A model generated the notes under the pieces. The model worked only from the letters and a program-made list of their open reading frames with translations, made no database searches and was not told where the DNA came from. 64,000 nt of DNA from Heptranchias perlo (lineage: Eukaryota): assembly GCF_035084215.1 (NCBI RefSeq), contig NC_090331.1, positions 65,472,001 to 65,536,000 of the forward strand, read 5' to 3'. This document shows positions 36,701 through 50,500 of this stretch, in pieces. A program made the position numbers and the translations under genes. Position 1 is the first letter of the stretch. Every line of letters starts with the position of its first letter.

Positions 36701-39700
36701 TTACTGACTGCCAAATACAGGGATTACTGAATCTCAAATACAGGGATTACCGACTGCCAAATAGAGGAAGTACTGGCTGTCAAATACAGGGAGAGGTGAT
36801 TGCCAAATATAGGGAGTACTGATTGTCAAAAGCAGGGAGCACTGACTGCCTAATAGAGGGAGAACTGACTGCCAAATACAGGGAGCACTAGCTGCCAAAT
36901 AAAGGGATTACTGTTTGTGAAATACAATGATTACTGACTGCCAAACACAAAGATTACTGACTACCAAATATTAGGTTTATTGACTGCCAAATGTAGGGAT
37001 TACTGACTGCCAAATAAACCAAAAAAATAACTGCCAAATACTGGGGGTACTGACTGCCAAATACTGGCAATAATGACTGCCAAATAGGGGTAATACTGAC
37101 TGCCAAATGCAGGTAGTACTGACTGCCAAATAAAGGGAATACTGACTCCCAAATATAGGGATCACAGACTGCCAAGTACAGGGATTACTGTCTGCCAAGT
37201 ACAGGGATTACTGACTGCCAAATGCAGGAATTACTGACTGTAAAATAAGACGGTAATTAACTGCCAAAATCAACAATTACTGACTGCCAAATACAGTGAT
37301 TTCTGATGATCAAATGCAGGCAGTACTAACTGCCAAATACTACAATTACTGACCGTCAAATACATGGATTACTGACTGTCAAGTACAGGGATTACTGACC
37401 TTAAAATAAATGGACTACTGACTATCAAGTACCGGGACTACTGACTGCCAAATAAAGGAAATGATGACTGCCAAATACAGGAAATAATGACTCGCAAATA
37501 CAGGCATTAATGACTGCGAAATACAGGAAGTACGCATTGCCAAATAAAGGAATTACTGGCGGCCAAATACAGAGATTACTGACTGCCAAATAGAGGGAGT
37601 ACTGACTCACCAGTACAGGCATTAATGACTCGTAAATACAGGCATTAATGACTGTCAAATACAGGGAGTGCTGATTGCCAAATATAGGGAGTACTGGCTG
37701 CCAAATACAGAGAGCACAGACTGCCAAATAGAGGGAGTACTGACTTTTAATGCAGGGATTACTGACTGTCAAATACATGGTTTATGGACTGTCAAATACA
37801 TGGGCTACTAATGGGCAATATAGGGATTGCTGTCGGTCAAGTACAGGGAGTACTGACTGTCAAGTACAGGGTTTACTAATTGACAATACAGGGATTACTG
37901 ACTGCTAAATATAACGATTACTGACTGCCAAGTACAGGGATTACTGACTGCCAGGTACAGGGATTACTGATTGTCAAATATAGAGAATCCTGACTGCCAA
38001 ATATAATGATTACTCACTGCCAAATACATGGATTACTGACTGTGAAATACAAGGATTACCAACTGTTAAATACAGTGATTACAGATTGCCAACTACAGGG
38101 ATTACGGACTGCTAAATGCAGGGATTACTGACTGCCAAATAAACCGGTAATTAACTGCCAAATACAGTGATTTCTAACGATCAAATGCAGGGAGTACTGA
38201 TGGCCAAATACTACAATTACTGATTGTAAAATACAGTGATTACTGACAGCCAAATACAGGGATTACTGACTGTCAAATACATGGATTACTGACTGTCAAA
38301 TACAGTGAATACTGTCTGTCAAATGCATGGATTACTGACTTTAAAATACATGGACTACTGACTGTCAAATACAGGGAGTACTGACTGCCAAATAAAGGAA
38401 ATAATGAATGCCAAATACAGGAAGTAATGACTCGCAAATACAGGCATTAAAGACTGTGAAATACAGGAAGTACTGATTGCCAAATAAAGAATTACTGATG
38501 GCCAAATACATGGATTACTGACTGTCAAATGCAGGGACTTTTAAATACAGGGAGTACTGACTGCCAAATACAAGGATTATGGACTGCCAAAAACAGGGAT
38601 TACTAACTGCCAAATACAGGGATTACTGACTGCCAAAAACAGGGATTATTGACTGCCAAATGTAGTGATTACTGACTGCCAATTAAACCAGTAATTAACT
38701 GCCAAATTCAGTGATTACTGACTTCCAAATACAGAGATTTCTGACAATCAAATGCAGGGAGTACTGACGGCCAAATACAGGGAGTAGTAACTGCCAAAAC
38801 AGGGAGTACTGACTGTCAAATGCTACAATTACTGACTGCCAAATACAGGGATTACTGACCGTGAAATTCATGGATTACTGACTGCCAAATACAGTGATTA
38901 CTGACTGGCAAATGCCTGGATTACTGGCTTTAAAATACATGGACTACTGACTGTCAAGTACAGGGACGACTGACTGCCAATTAAAGGAAATACTGACTGC
39001 CAAATATAGAAAGTATTGGCTCGCAAATACAGGATGTACTGATTGCCAAATAAAGGAAATACTTACTGCCAAACACAAGGATTACAGTCTGCCAAATACA
39101 GGGATTACTGACTGCCAAATACAGGGATTACTGACTGCCAAATACATGGATTATTGACTGCCAAATACATGGATTACTGACTGCCAAATACAGGGATTAC
39201 TGACTGCCAAATACAGGGATTACTGACTGCCAAATACATGGATTATTGACTGCCAAATACATGGATTACTGACTGCCAAATAAACTGGTAATTAACTGCC
39301 AAAATCAGTGATTATTGACTGCCAAATACTGTGATTTCTGACGATCAAATGCAGGGAATACTGACAGCCAAATACAGGGAGTAGTAACTGCCAAAACAGG
39401 TAGTACTGACTGTCAAATGCTCTGATTACTGACTGTCAAATGCTCTGATTACTGACTGTCAAATACAGTGATTACTGGCAGCGAAATACAGGGATTATTG
39501 ATTGTCAAATACATGGATTACTGACTGTCAAGTACAGGGAATACTGACTGTTAATAGAGGGGTTACTGACTGTCAAATACAACGATTACTGACTGCCAAA
39601 TACAGGGATTACTGATTGCGAAACACAATGATTACTGACTGTCAAATACAGTGAATACTGACTGCCAAATAGCGTTATAACTGACTGCCAAATGCAGGGA

Positions 39701-42700
39701 TTACTGACTGTCAAATACAAGGAGCACTAACTGTCAAGTACAGGGATTACAAACTGTCAAATACAGGGAATACTGACTGTCAAGTACAGGTAATACTGAC
39801 TGCCAAATACAGGGATTAGTGATGGCCATGTACATGGATTTCTGACTGCCAAGTACAGGGATTATTGACTTTTAAATTTAGAGAGCACTGACTCCCAAAT
39901 ACAGTGAATACTGACTGACAAATAAAGGATTACTGACTGCCAAATGCTGGGATTACTGACTGCCATACACATGGATTACGGACTGTCAAATACAGGGAGT
40001 ACTAATTGACAAGTACAGGGATTACTGACTGTCAAGTACAGGGAGTAGTGACTGTCAAGTACAGGGATTACAGACTGTCAAATACAGGGAATACTGACTG
40101 TCAAGTACAGGTAATACTGACTGCCAAATACAGGGATTAGTGATGGCCATGTACATGGATTTCTGACTGCCAAGTACAGGGATTAGTGACTTTTAATTTC
40201 AGGGAGTACTGACTCCCAAATTCAGTGAGTACTGACTGATAAACAAAGGATTACTGACTGCCAAATACAGGGATTTCAGACTGTCAAATACATGGGTTTT
40301 GACTGCCAAATGCTAGGATTACTGACTGCCATACACATGAATTACGGACCGTCAAATACAGGGCGTACTAATTGACAAGTACAGGGATTACTGACTGTCA
40401 AGTACAGGGAGTACTGACTGCCAAATACAGGGATTACTGATGGTCCAGTACAGGGATTACTGACTACCAAATACAGGGACATGTGACTGCCAAATGTTGG
40501 GATTACTGACTGTCAAATACAGGGATTACTAATTGACAGTGCAGGGATTGCTGACTGTCAATACAGAGATTACTGACTGCCAAATACAAGGATTACTGAC
40601 TGCCAAAAACAGAGATTACTGACTTTGAATGCAGGGAGCACAGACTGCCAAATACAGGGATGACTGACTGCCCAGTACAGGGATTACTGACTGCCAAATA
40701 GAGGGAATACTGACTGCTAATACAGGAATTAATGACTCACAAATGCAGGCAGTATTGACTGCCAAATACCATGATTACCGACTGTCAAATACACTGATTA
40801 TGGACTGTCAAATTCATGGATTACTGACTATCAAGTACAGGGATGACTGACTGCCAAATACAGCGAATACTGACTGTCAAATGCACGGATTATTGACTGT
40901 AAAAGACATGTACTACTGACTGTCAAGTACAGGGAGTACTGACTGCCAAACAAAGGAAATTCTGTCTGCCAAATAGATGGATTACTGACTGTCAAGTACA
41001 TTGATCATCAATTGCCAAATACAGGGCTTAATGACTTGCAAATACAGGGAATACTAACTGTCAATAGAGGGGTTACTGACTGCAAAATACAACCATTACT
41101 GACTGTCAAATACAGTGAATACTGATTGCCAAATAGAGTTATAATTGACTGCCAAATGCAGGGATTATTGACTGTCAAGTACAGGGATTACAGACTGTCA
41201 AATACAGGGAATACTGACTGTCAAGTACAGGTAATACTGACTGCCAAATACAGGGATTAGTGATGGTCATGTACATGGATTTCTGACTGCCAAGTACAGG
41301 GATTACTGACTTTTAAATTCAGGGAGCACTGAGTCCCAAATAAAGTGAATACTGACTGACAAATAAAGGATTACTGACTGTCAAATACAGGGATTACTGA
41401 ATCTCAAATACAGGGATTACAGACTGCCAAATACAAGGATTACAGACTGCCAAATACATGGGCTTTTGACTGTCAAATGCTGGGATTACTGACTGCCATA
41501 CACATGGATTACGGATCGTCAAATACAGGGAGGACTAATTGACAAGTACAGGGATCACTGACTGTCAAGTACAGGGAGTACTGACTGCCAAATACAGAGA
41601 TTGCTGATGGTCCAACACAGGGATTACTGACTGCCAAATACAAGGATTACTGACTTTGAATGCAGGGAGCACAGACTGCCAAATACAGGGACGACTGTTT
41701 GTCTAATACAGGGATTACTGACTGCCAAATACAATGATTACTGACTGCCCAGTACAGGGATTACTGACTGCCAAATACAACGATTACTGACTGCCCAGTA
41801 CAGGGATTACTGACTGCCAAATAGAGGGAGTACTGACTGCCAATACAGGAATTAATGTCTCACAAATGCAGGCAGTACTGGCTGCCAAATACCATGATTG
41901 CCGACTGTCAAATACACTGATTACTGACAGCCAAATACAGGGATTATGGACTGTCAAATTCATGGATTACTGACTATCAAGTACAGGGATGACTGACTGC
42001 CAAATACAGCGAATACTGACTGTCAAATGCATGGATTACTGACTGTAAAATACATGTACTACTGACTGTCAAGTACAGGGAGTATTGACTACCAAATAAA
42101 GGAAATATTGACTGCCAAATAGATGGATTACTGACTGTCAAGTACATTGTTCATTGATTGCCAAATACAGGGCTTAATGACTTCCAAATACAGGGATTAC
42201 TGACTGCCAAATACGGGAGTAATGACTGCCAAATACAGGAAGTACTGATTGCCAAATAGTGGGATAACTGACTTTTAAATACGTGGAGTACTGACAGTCA
42301 AGTACAGGGATTACTGGCTGCCAAACACAGGGAGTAGTGACTCGCAAATACAGGCATTAATGACTGCCATGGATTACTTACTGCCAAAGAGAGGAATTAC
42401 TGACTTTTAAATATAGGGAGTACTAACAGTTAAGTACAGTATTACTGACTGCCAAATACAGGGATTACTAACTGTCAAATTCATGGATTACAGACTGTCA
42501 AGTACAGGGATGACTAACTGCCAAATACAGCGAATACTGACTGTTAAATGCCTGGATTACTGACTGCAATATGTCAAGTACAGGGAATACTGACTGTTGA
42601 ATAAAGGAAATACTGACTGCCAAATACATGGATTATTGACTGTCAAGTACATTGATCATTGATTGCCAAATACAGGGCTTACTGACTGCTAAATACAGGG

Positions 42701-43066
42701 ATTACTGACTGCTAAATACGGGGAGTAATGACTCGCAAATGCAGGCATTAATGACTACCAAATACAGGAAGTACTGATTGCCAAATACAGGGATTGCTGA
42801 CTGCTAAATGTAGAGAGCATTGACTGTGATAAAGAGAGAGCCTTGACTGTCAAATGCCGGAATTACTGACTGCCCAATAAAGCGAATACTAACTGCCAAA
42901 TACAAGAATTATGATTGTCAAATACAGTGATAACTGACTGCCAAATAAACCAGTAATTAACTGCCAAATTCAGCGATTACTGAGTTCCAAATACAGAGAT
43001 TTCTGACAATCAAATGCACGGTGTACTGTCGGCCAAGTACAGGGAGTAGTAACTGCTAAATACAGG

Positions 43067-43863
43067 GGGCTCGATTTTCCCGGGAAATTGCCGGTGTGTT
43101 GGGGATGAGGGGGTTCTGAAAATCGGGGAAATTCCGTTCAGGATCAGAGCCCAGCTCCAACCTGCCAACGTCCGAGTTCTCCACGGATGCACCTGTGTGC
43201 CAAATGTACCTCACTGAGGTACTTAAGGCACTTTACGTGTGACAGATTACATGGTTAGAACGATTTATAACTTACCTGGGCAGCTTTCCCACAGTTTCTG
43301 ATCCACGCCTGGATCAGGTAAAAAGAAACAAAATAAAGTTAAAACACGAAATCAACCTACCTTTCCACCCTGCTCCGATGTCCGATGTCTCCCTCTCCGA
43401 TCTCCCCCACTTCAACCCCCCACTGATGTCCCCCCGATCTCCCCTTCTTCATCCCCCAATGTCCGCCCCCGATCTCCCCTTCTTCACCCACCCGATGTCC
43501 AACCAATCCTCCCCTCTCCTCCCTGATCTACCAATCTCCCCCCCGACCCTCCTCTCTCCATCCCTGATCCTCCCTCTCCCCCCGATCTTCCACTCTTCCC
43601 CCGATCTTCCACTCTCCCCCATGATCTTCCACTCTCCCCCCGCCCCCGATCTTCTGTTCCAGCGCTGGATGACTTCTCGCTCTCTGTCTTTCTCCCCCCT
43701 CCCCACTCGCCAATCAGGCTGACTGCCGGGCGCGAAACCCGGAGAGCACGTTAATCACCATCAATTATGATGAGATCGTGTCGGAAACGATAAGGTTTGT
43801 TTATTCAGGTTTGCCACGTCACACCCCCCCAACTGCCAACGCCACCATTTCAAAATTGAGCCC
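43067..43863. mobile_element. Harbinger MITE inserted in the satellite
   Basis: TIRs GGGCTCGATTTT / AAAATTGAGCCC (11/12) with 3-bp TSD AGG; removing the element restores TACAGGGAGTACTG. The first ~130 bp resemble the left end of 51806-56129. An internal (CCCGATCT)-rich tract spans 43375-43655. Confidence 0.9.
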
Positions 43864-46225
43864 AGGGAGTACTGACTGCCAAATACCACGATTACTGATT
43901 GTCAAATACAGTGACAGCCAAATATAGGGATTACTGACTGTAAAATACATGGACAACTGACTGTCAGTACAGGGATTACTGTCTGCCAAATACAAGAAGT
44001 ACTGACTGCCAAATGCTGGATTACTGACTGCTAAAAATACATTTTACTCGCTGCCAAATACAATGATCATTGACTGCCAAATTGAGGGATATACTGACTG
44101 CCAAATACAGAGAGATCTGACTGTCAAATGTAGGGAGTAGTGACGGCCAAATTAAGGGAGTACTGACTGCCAAATCAGTGAGTACTGACTGCCAAATAGT
44201 ATGATTACTGACTGTCAAATACAGGGATTACTGACTGTCAAGTACTGGGAGTACTGACTGCTTAATACAAGGATTGATGATTGTCAAATACAGTGATTAC
44301 TGACTGTCTAATACATAGATTATTGACTGTCAGTACAGGGATTACTGACTGCCAAATTCAGGGAGTACTGACTGCCATATTCAGGGAGTACCAGCTGCCA
44401 AATACAGGGATTACTGACTGTCAAATATAGAGTATTGACTGTCAAATGTAGAGAGTATTGAATGTTATATACAGAGAGCACTGACTCGCAAGTGCACGGA
44501 TTACTGACTTTTAAATACAGGGAGGACTGAATGCAAAATACTGTGATTACTGACTGCCAAATACATGCATTACCGACTGTCAAGTGCAGGTATTACTGAT
44601 TGCCCAATGCAGTGATTACTGACTGCCAAATACAGAGATTACTATTTGCCAAATACAGGGGGTACTGACTGCCAAATAGAGGGAGTAATGACTCACAAAT
44701 ATAGGGATTACTGACTATCAAGTACAGGGATTACTGACTGACAAATACACGGAGTACTGACTGTGAAGTACAGGGATTACTGATTGCCCAATGAAGTGAT
44801 TACGGACTGCCAAATAGAGAGAGTACAGACTGTCAAATGTAGGGAGCACTGACTGCTTAATAGAGGGAGTACTGATTGCCAAATAGAGGGAGTAATAACG
44901 TGCAAACACAGGCATTGATGACTGCCAAATGCAGGGATTACTGACTTTTAAATACAGGGAGTACTGACTGCCAAATACCGGGGGGCACTGACTGCTAAAT
45001 ACAGGGATTACTGACTGTTATGTAGAGGGATTGCTGACTGTCAAATGCAGTGAGTACTGACTGTCAAATAGAGGGATAACTGATTGCCAAATACTGGGAA
45101 TAATTACTCACAAACACAGGCAGTCGTGACTGCCAATTACATGGAGTACCGGCTGCCAAATACAGGGATTAATGACTGCCAAATAAAGGGATTACTGAAT
45201 TTTAAATTCAGGGATTACGGATTGCCAAATAGAGGGATTACTGTTTGTCAAATACAGTGATCACTGACTGCCAAACACAAGGATTACTGACTGCCAAAAA
45301 CTGGGATTACTGACTTTTAAATGCAGTGATCACTGACTGCCAAACGCAGGGATTACTGAATGCCAAATACAGGGAGTGCTGACTGTCTGATACAGGGATT
45401 ACTGACTGCCAAATAAATGGAGCACTGACTGCCAAATAAAGGGATCACTGACTGCCGAATATAGCGATTACTGAGTGCCAAGTACAGGGATTACTGACTG
45501 TCAAGTACAAGAAGTACTGACTGCCAAATATGGGAATTACTGACTGCCAAATAAAGGGATTACTCATTTTTAAATACAGGGAGTGCTGACTGCCAAATAT
45601 AGGGATTACAGATTGCCAAATATGGAGATTACTGATTGTGGAACACATGGATTACTGACTGCCAAATACAGAGATTGCTGACTGCGAAATACAACGATTA
45701 ATGACTGCCAAATGCAGGGTTTACTGACTCCCAAATACAGCGATTACTGATTGTCAAACATAGGGAGTACTCCCTGCCAAATAGAAGGACTACTGACTGA
45801 CAAATATGGGGATTACTGACTGCCAAAGACAGGGATTACTAATTATCAAATTAAGGATTACCGATTGACAAATACCACGAATAATGAAATACAGTGATTA
45901 TGACTGCCAAATACAGGGTTTACTGGCTACCAATTGAAGGTATTACTGACTGTCAAATACAGGGATTATTGATCGTCAAATACATGGATTACTGACTGAC
46001 AAATACATGGATTACTGACTGACAAATACATGGATTACTGACTGCCAAATACAGGGATTACTGACTGCCAAATACATGGATTGCTGACTGTCAAATACAG
46101 GGAGTACTGCCTGCCAAATATACGGATTACTGACTGACAATTTAAGGGATTACTGACTGCCGAGACAGGGGTTACTGACTATGAAATACAGAGATTACTG
46201 ATGGCCAAATACAGGGATTACTGAC

Positions 46226-47596
46226 TAAGACCATAAGACCATAAGACCATAAGAGATAGGAGTAGGAGTAGGCCATTCGGCCTCTCGAGCCTGCCCTGCC
46301 AATTAATGAGATCATGGCTGATCTGATTTTTACCTCAACTCCACTTTCCCGCTCTTTCCCCATATCCTTTGACTCCCTTGCTGATCAAAAATTTGTCTAA
46401 CTCAGCCTTGAATATATTCAATGACTCAGCCTCCACAGCTTTTTGGGGTAAAGAATTCCAAAGATTCACGACCCTCTGGGAGAAGAAATTCTTCCTAATT
46501 TCCGTCTTAAACGGCCAACCCCTTATTCTGAGACTATGCCCCCGAGTTTAGATTCCCCCATGGGGGGTAACATCTTCTCAGCATCTACCCTATCGAGTCC
46601 CCTCAGAATCTTGTATGTTTCAATAAAATCTCCTCTCATTCTTCTAAACTCCAATGAGTATAGACCCAACCTGTTCAATCTTTCCTCATAAGACAACCCT
46701 TCCATACCCAGAATCAACCTAGTGAACCTTCTCTGAACTGCCTCCAATCCAAGTATGTCCTTCCTTAAATAAGGGCACCAGAACTGTACGCAGTACACCA
46801 GGTGTGGTCTCACCAGCAACCTGTACAGTTGTAGCATGACTTCCCTGCTTTTATACTCCATCCCCCTAGAAATAAAGGCCAATATTCCGTTTGCCTTCCG
46901 GATTACCTGCTGCACCTGTATGTTGACTTTTTGTGTTTCATGTATGAAGACACCCAGATCCCTCTGTACCGTAGCATCTTGTAGTATTTCTCCATTCAAA
47001 TAATATTTTGCTTTTTTATTTTTCCTCCCAAAGTGGATGACTTCACATTTTCCCACATTATATTTCATCTGCCAAATTTTTGCCCATTCGCTTAACCTGT
47101 CAATATCCCTTTGCAGATACTTTGTGTCCTCATTGCCACTTGCTTTTCCACCTATCTTTGTATCATCAGCAAATTTGGCCACAAGACACTCTGTTCCTTC
47201 ATCCAAGTCATTGATATATATTGTAAATAGTTGAGGCCCCAGCACTGAGCCCTGCGGCACCCCACTAGTTACAGATTGCCATTTTGAAAATGATCCTTTT
47301 ATCCTGACTCTTTGTTTTCTGTTCGCCAATCCTCCATCCATGCCAGTATATTACCCCCAACACCATGAGTTCTTATCTTGTGCAGTAACCTTTTATGAGG
47401 CACTTTATCGAATGCCTTTTGGAAATCCAAAAATACTGCATCCATTGGTTCCCCTTTATCCACCCTGCCCGTTACTTCCTCAAAGAACTCTAATAAATTT
47501 GTCAGACATGACTTCCCCTTAATAAAACAATGTTGACTCTCCTTGATTGTATTATGAGTCTTCAAATGTCCTGCTACTACTTCCTTAATAATGGAT
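46226..47596 (-). mobile_element. CR1 LINE, 5'-truncated, inserted in the satellite
   Basis: (TAAGACCA)3 tail. ORFs 46523..47341 and 47299..47565 carry SCLTNL, GVPQGSVLGP and KFADDTK and are frameshifted. Confidence 0.95.
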
Positions 47597-50500
47597 ACTG
47601 CCAGATACAGGTATTACTGACCGCTGAGTACAGGTATTACTGACTGCCAAGTACAGGGAATAGTGACTCCCAAATACAGCGATTACTGATTGTCAAACAC
47701 AGGGAGTACTTCCTGCCAAATAGAAGGACTACTGACTGACAAATATGGGGATTACTGACTGCCAAAAACAGGGATTACTGATTATCAAATTAAGGATTAC
47801 CGACTGCCAAATACCACGAATACTGACTATGAAATACAGTGATTATGACCGCCAAGCACAGGGATTACTGGCTGCCAATTGAAGGTATTACTGACTGTCA
47901 AATACAAGGATTATTGATTGTCAAATACATGGATTACTGACTGTCAAACACAGGGAGTACTGCCTGCCAAATATACGGACTACTGACTGACAACTTTAGG
48001 GATTATTGACTGCCAAGACAGGGATTACTGACTATGACATACAGAGATTACTGACTGCCAAATACAGGAATTACTGACTGCCAAATGCAGGGAGTACTGA
48101 CTCGCAAATACAGGGAGTACTGACTGCCAATTAGAAGGAGTATTGATTGACAAATACAGGGATTACTGACTGCCAAACGCACAGATTACTGACTGCCAAA
48201 TGTAGAGATTACTGACTGACAAATAGAAGGAGTACCGATTGCCAAATATAGGGATTATTATCTGCCAAATATAAAGATTACAGCCTGACAATTGCAGGGA
48301 TTACCGACTGTCAAATACAAGGATTACTGACTTTCAATACAGGGAGTACTGACTGCCAAACAGAAGGAGTACTGACTGGAAAATAGAGGGAGCACTGATT
48401 GCTAAATACAGGGAGTACTGAGTGTCAAATACAGGGATTACTGACTGCCTGAGACAGAGACTACTGATTATGAAATTCAGTGATAACTGACTGCTAAATA
48501 CCACAATTACTGACTGTCAAATACAATGATTACTGACTGCAAAATAAAGGGAGTACTGACTATCAAATATGGGGACTACTGACTTCCAAACACAGGGAGT
48601 ACTAACTGTCAAGTGCAGGGTTTACTGACTGCCAAATACAGTGACTACTGACTGATAAATAAATGATTACTGACTACCAAATACACAGAGTACTGACTGC
48701 CGAGTACAGGGATTACTGACAGACAAAGAAAGCGATTACTGTCGGCCAAATATAGGGATTACTAACTGACAAATAAAGGGATTACTGGCTGCCAAATACA
48801 GGGATTACTGACTGCCAAATACAGGGATTACAGACTGCTAAATACAGGGATTACTGACTGCTAAATACAGGGAGTACTAACTGACAAATACATGAAGTAC
48901 TGTTTACCAAATACAGGGAGTACTGTTTGCCAAATGCAGGGATTACTGACTGGCAAATACACAGAGTACTGACTGACAAGTGGAGGGAGTACCGATTGCC
49001 AACACAGGGAGTACTAGCTGCCAATACAGGGAGTACTGGCTGCCAAATACATGGATTACTGATTGTCAAATACTGGGATTATTGACTGCCAAATACAGGG
49101 ATTAATGACTGTCAAATACAGTGATTAGTGCCTGCCAAATGCAGTGATTACTGACTGGCAAATGCAAAGCGTTCTGACTGCCAAATACAGGGATTATTGA
49201 CTGTCAAATGCAGGGATTACTGACTGCAAAAAAAAGGAATTGCTGACTGCCAAATACAGAGAGTTCTGACTGTCAAATGCAGGAAGTACTAACTGCCAAT
49301 ACAAGAAGTACTGACTGCATAATACAGGGCGTACCGACTGCCAAATACAGGGATTACTGAGTCAAATACAGGGATTACTGACTCGTAAATACACTGAGTT
49401 CTGACTGTCATATGCAGCGAGTACATACATCCAAATACAGGGAGTACTAAATGCCAAATACAGGGAGTACTTACTGCATAATACAGGGATTACTGACTAC
49501 AAAATACAGGGATTACTGACTGCCAAATACAAGGATTACTGACTACCAAATACAAGGATTACTGACTACCAAATACAAGGATTACTGACTGCCAAATACA
49601 GGGATTACTGACTGCCAAATACAAGGATTACTGACTGTTAAATACAGGGATTACTGACTGCCAAATACAGAGATTCTGACTGCCAAATACAGTGAGTACT
49701 CACTATGATATACAGGGTGACCTGACTGCCAAATACAGGAATTACTGGCTGCCAAATATTGGGAATACTGACTACGAAGTGCACAGAGATCTGACTGCTA
49801 AATGTCAGGAGTACCGATGGCCAAATACACGGAGTACTAAATATCAAGTGCAGGGATTCCTGACTGCCAAATTCATGGAGTTTCTGACTTCCAAATACAG
49901 GTATTTTCGACTGCCAAATACAAGGGTTACTGAATGTGAAATTCATAGATTACTGCCAAGTACAAGGATTGCTGACTGCCAAATAGACTGAGTACTGACT
50001 GTCAAATACAAGGATTGCTGACTGTCAATTACAGAGAGTACAGACTTCCAAATACACAGAGTGCTGACTGTTAAATTCAGGGATTATTGACTGCCAAATA
50101 CAGGGGATACTAACTGCTAAATATAGTGAGTACTAACTGCCAAATACAGGGAATACCGACTGCGAAATACAGGGATTACTGACTACCAAATACAAAGTTT
50201 ACTGACTGCAAAATACAGGGAGTACTGACTGGCAAATACATGGATTACTGACTGGCAAATACATGGAGCACTGACTGCCAAAGACAGGGTTTACTGCCTG
50301 TGAAATACAGGGAGTACTGACTGCGAAATACAGGGAGTACTGACTGACAAATACATGGATTACTGACTGGCAAATACACAGAGCTCTGACTGTCAAATGC
50401 AGGGAGTACTAACTGCCAAATAGAAGGAGCACTGACTGAATAATACAGGGATTACTGACTGCCAAATGCAGGATTTACTGATTGTCAAATACAGGGATTA

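Noticed and set aside
43378-43722. Pro-rich and Gly/Arg-rich ORFs
   Set aside because: A low-complexity C-rich tract inside a MITE.
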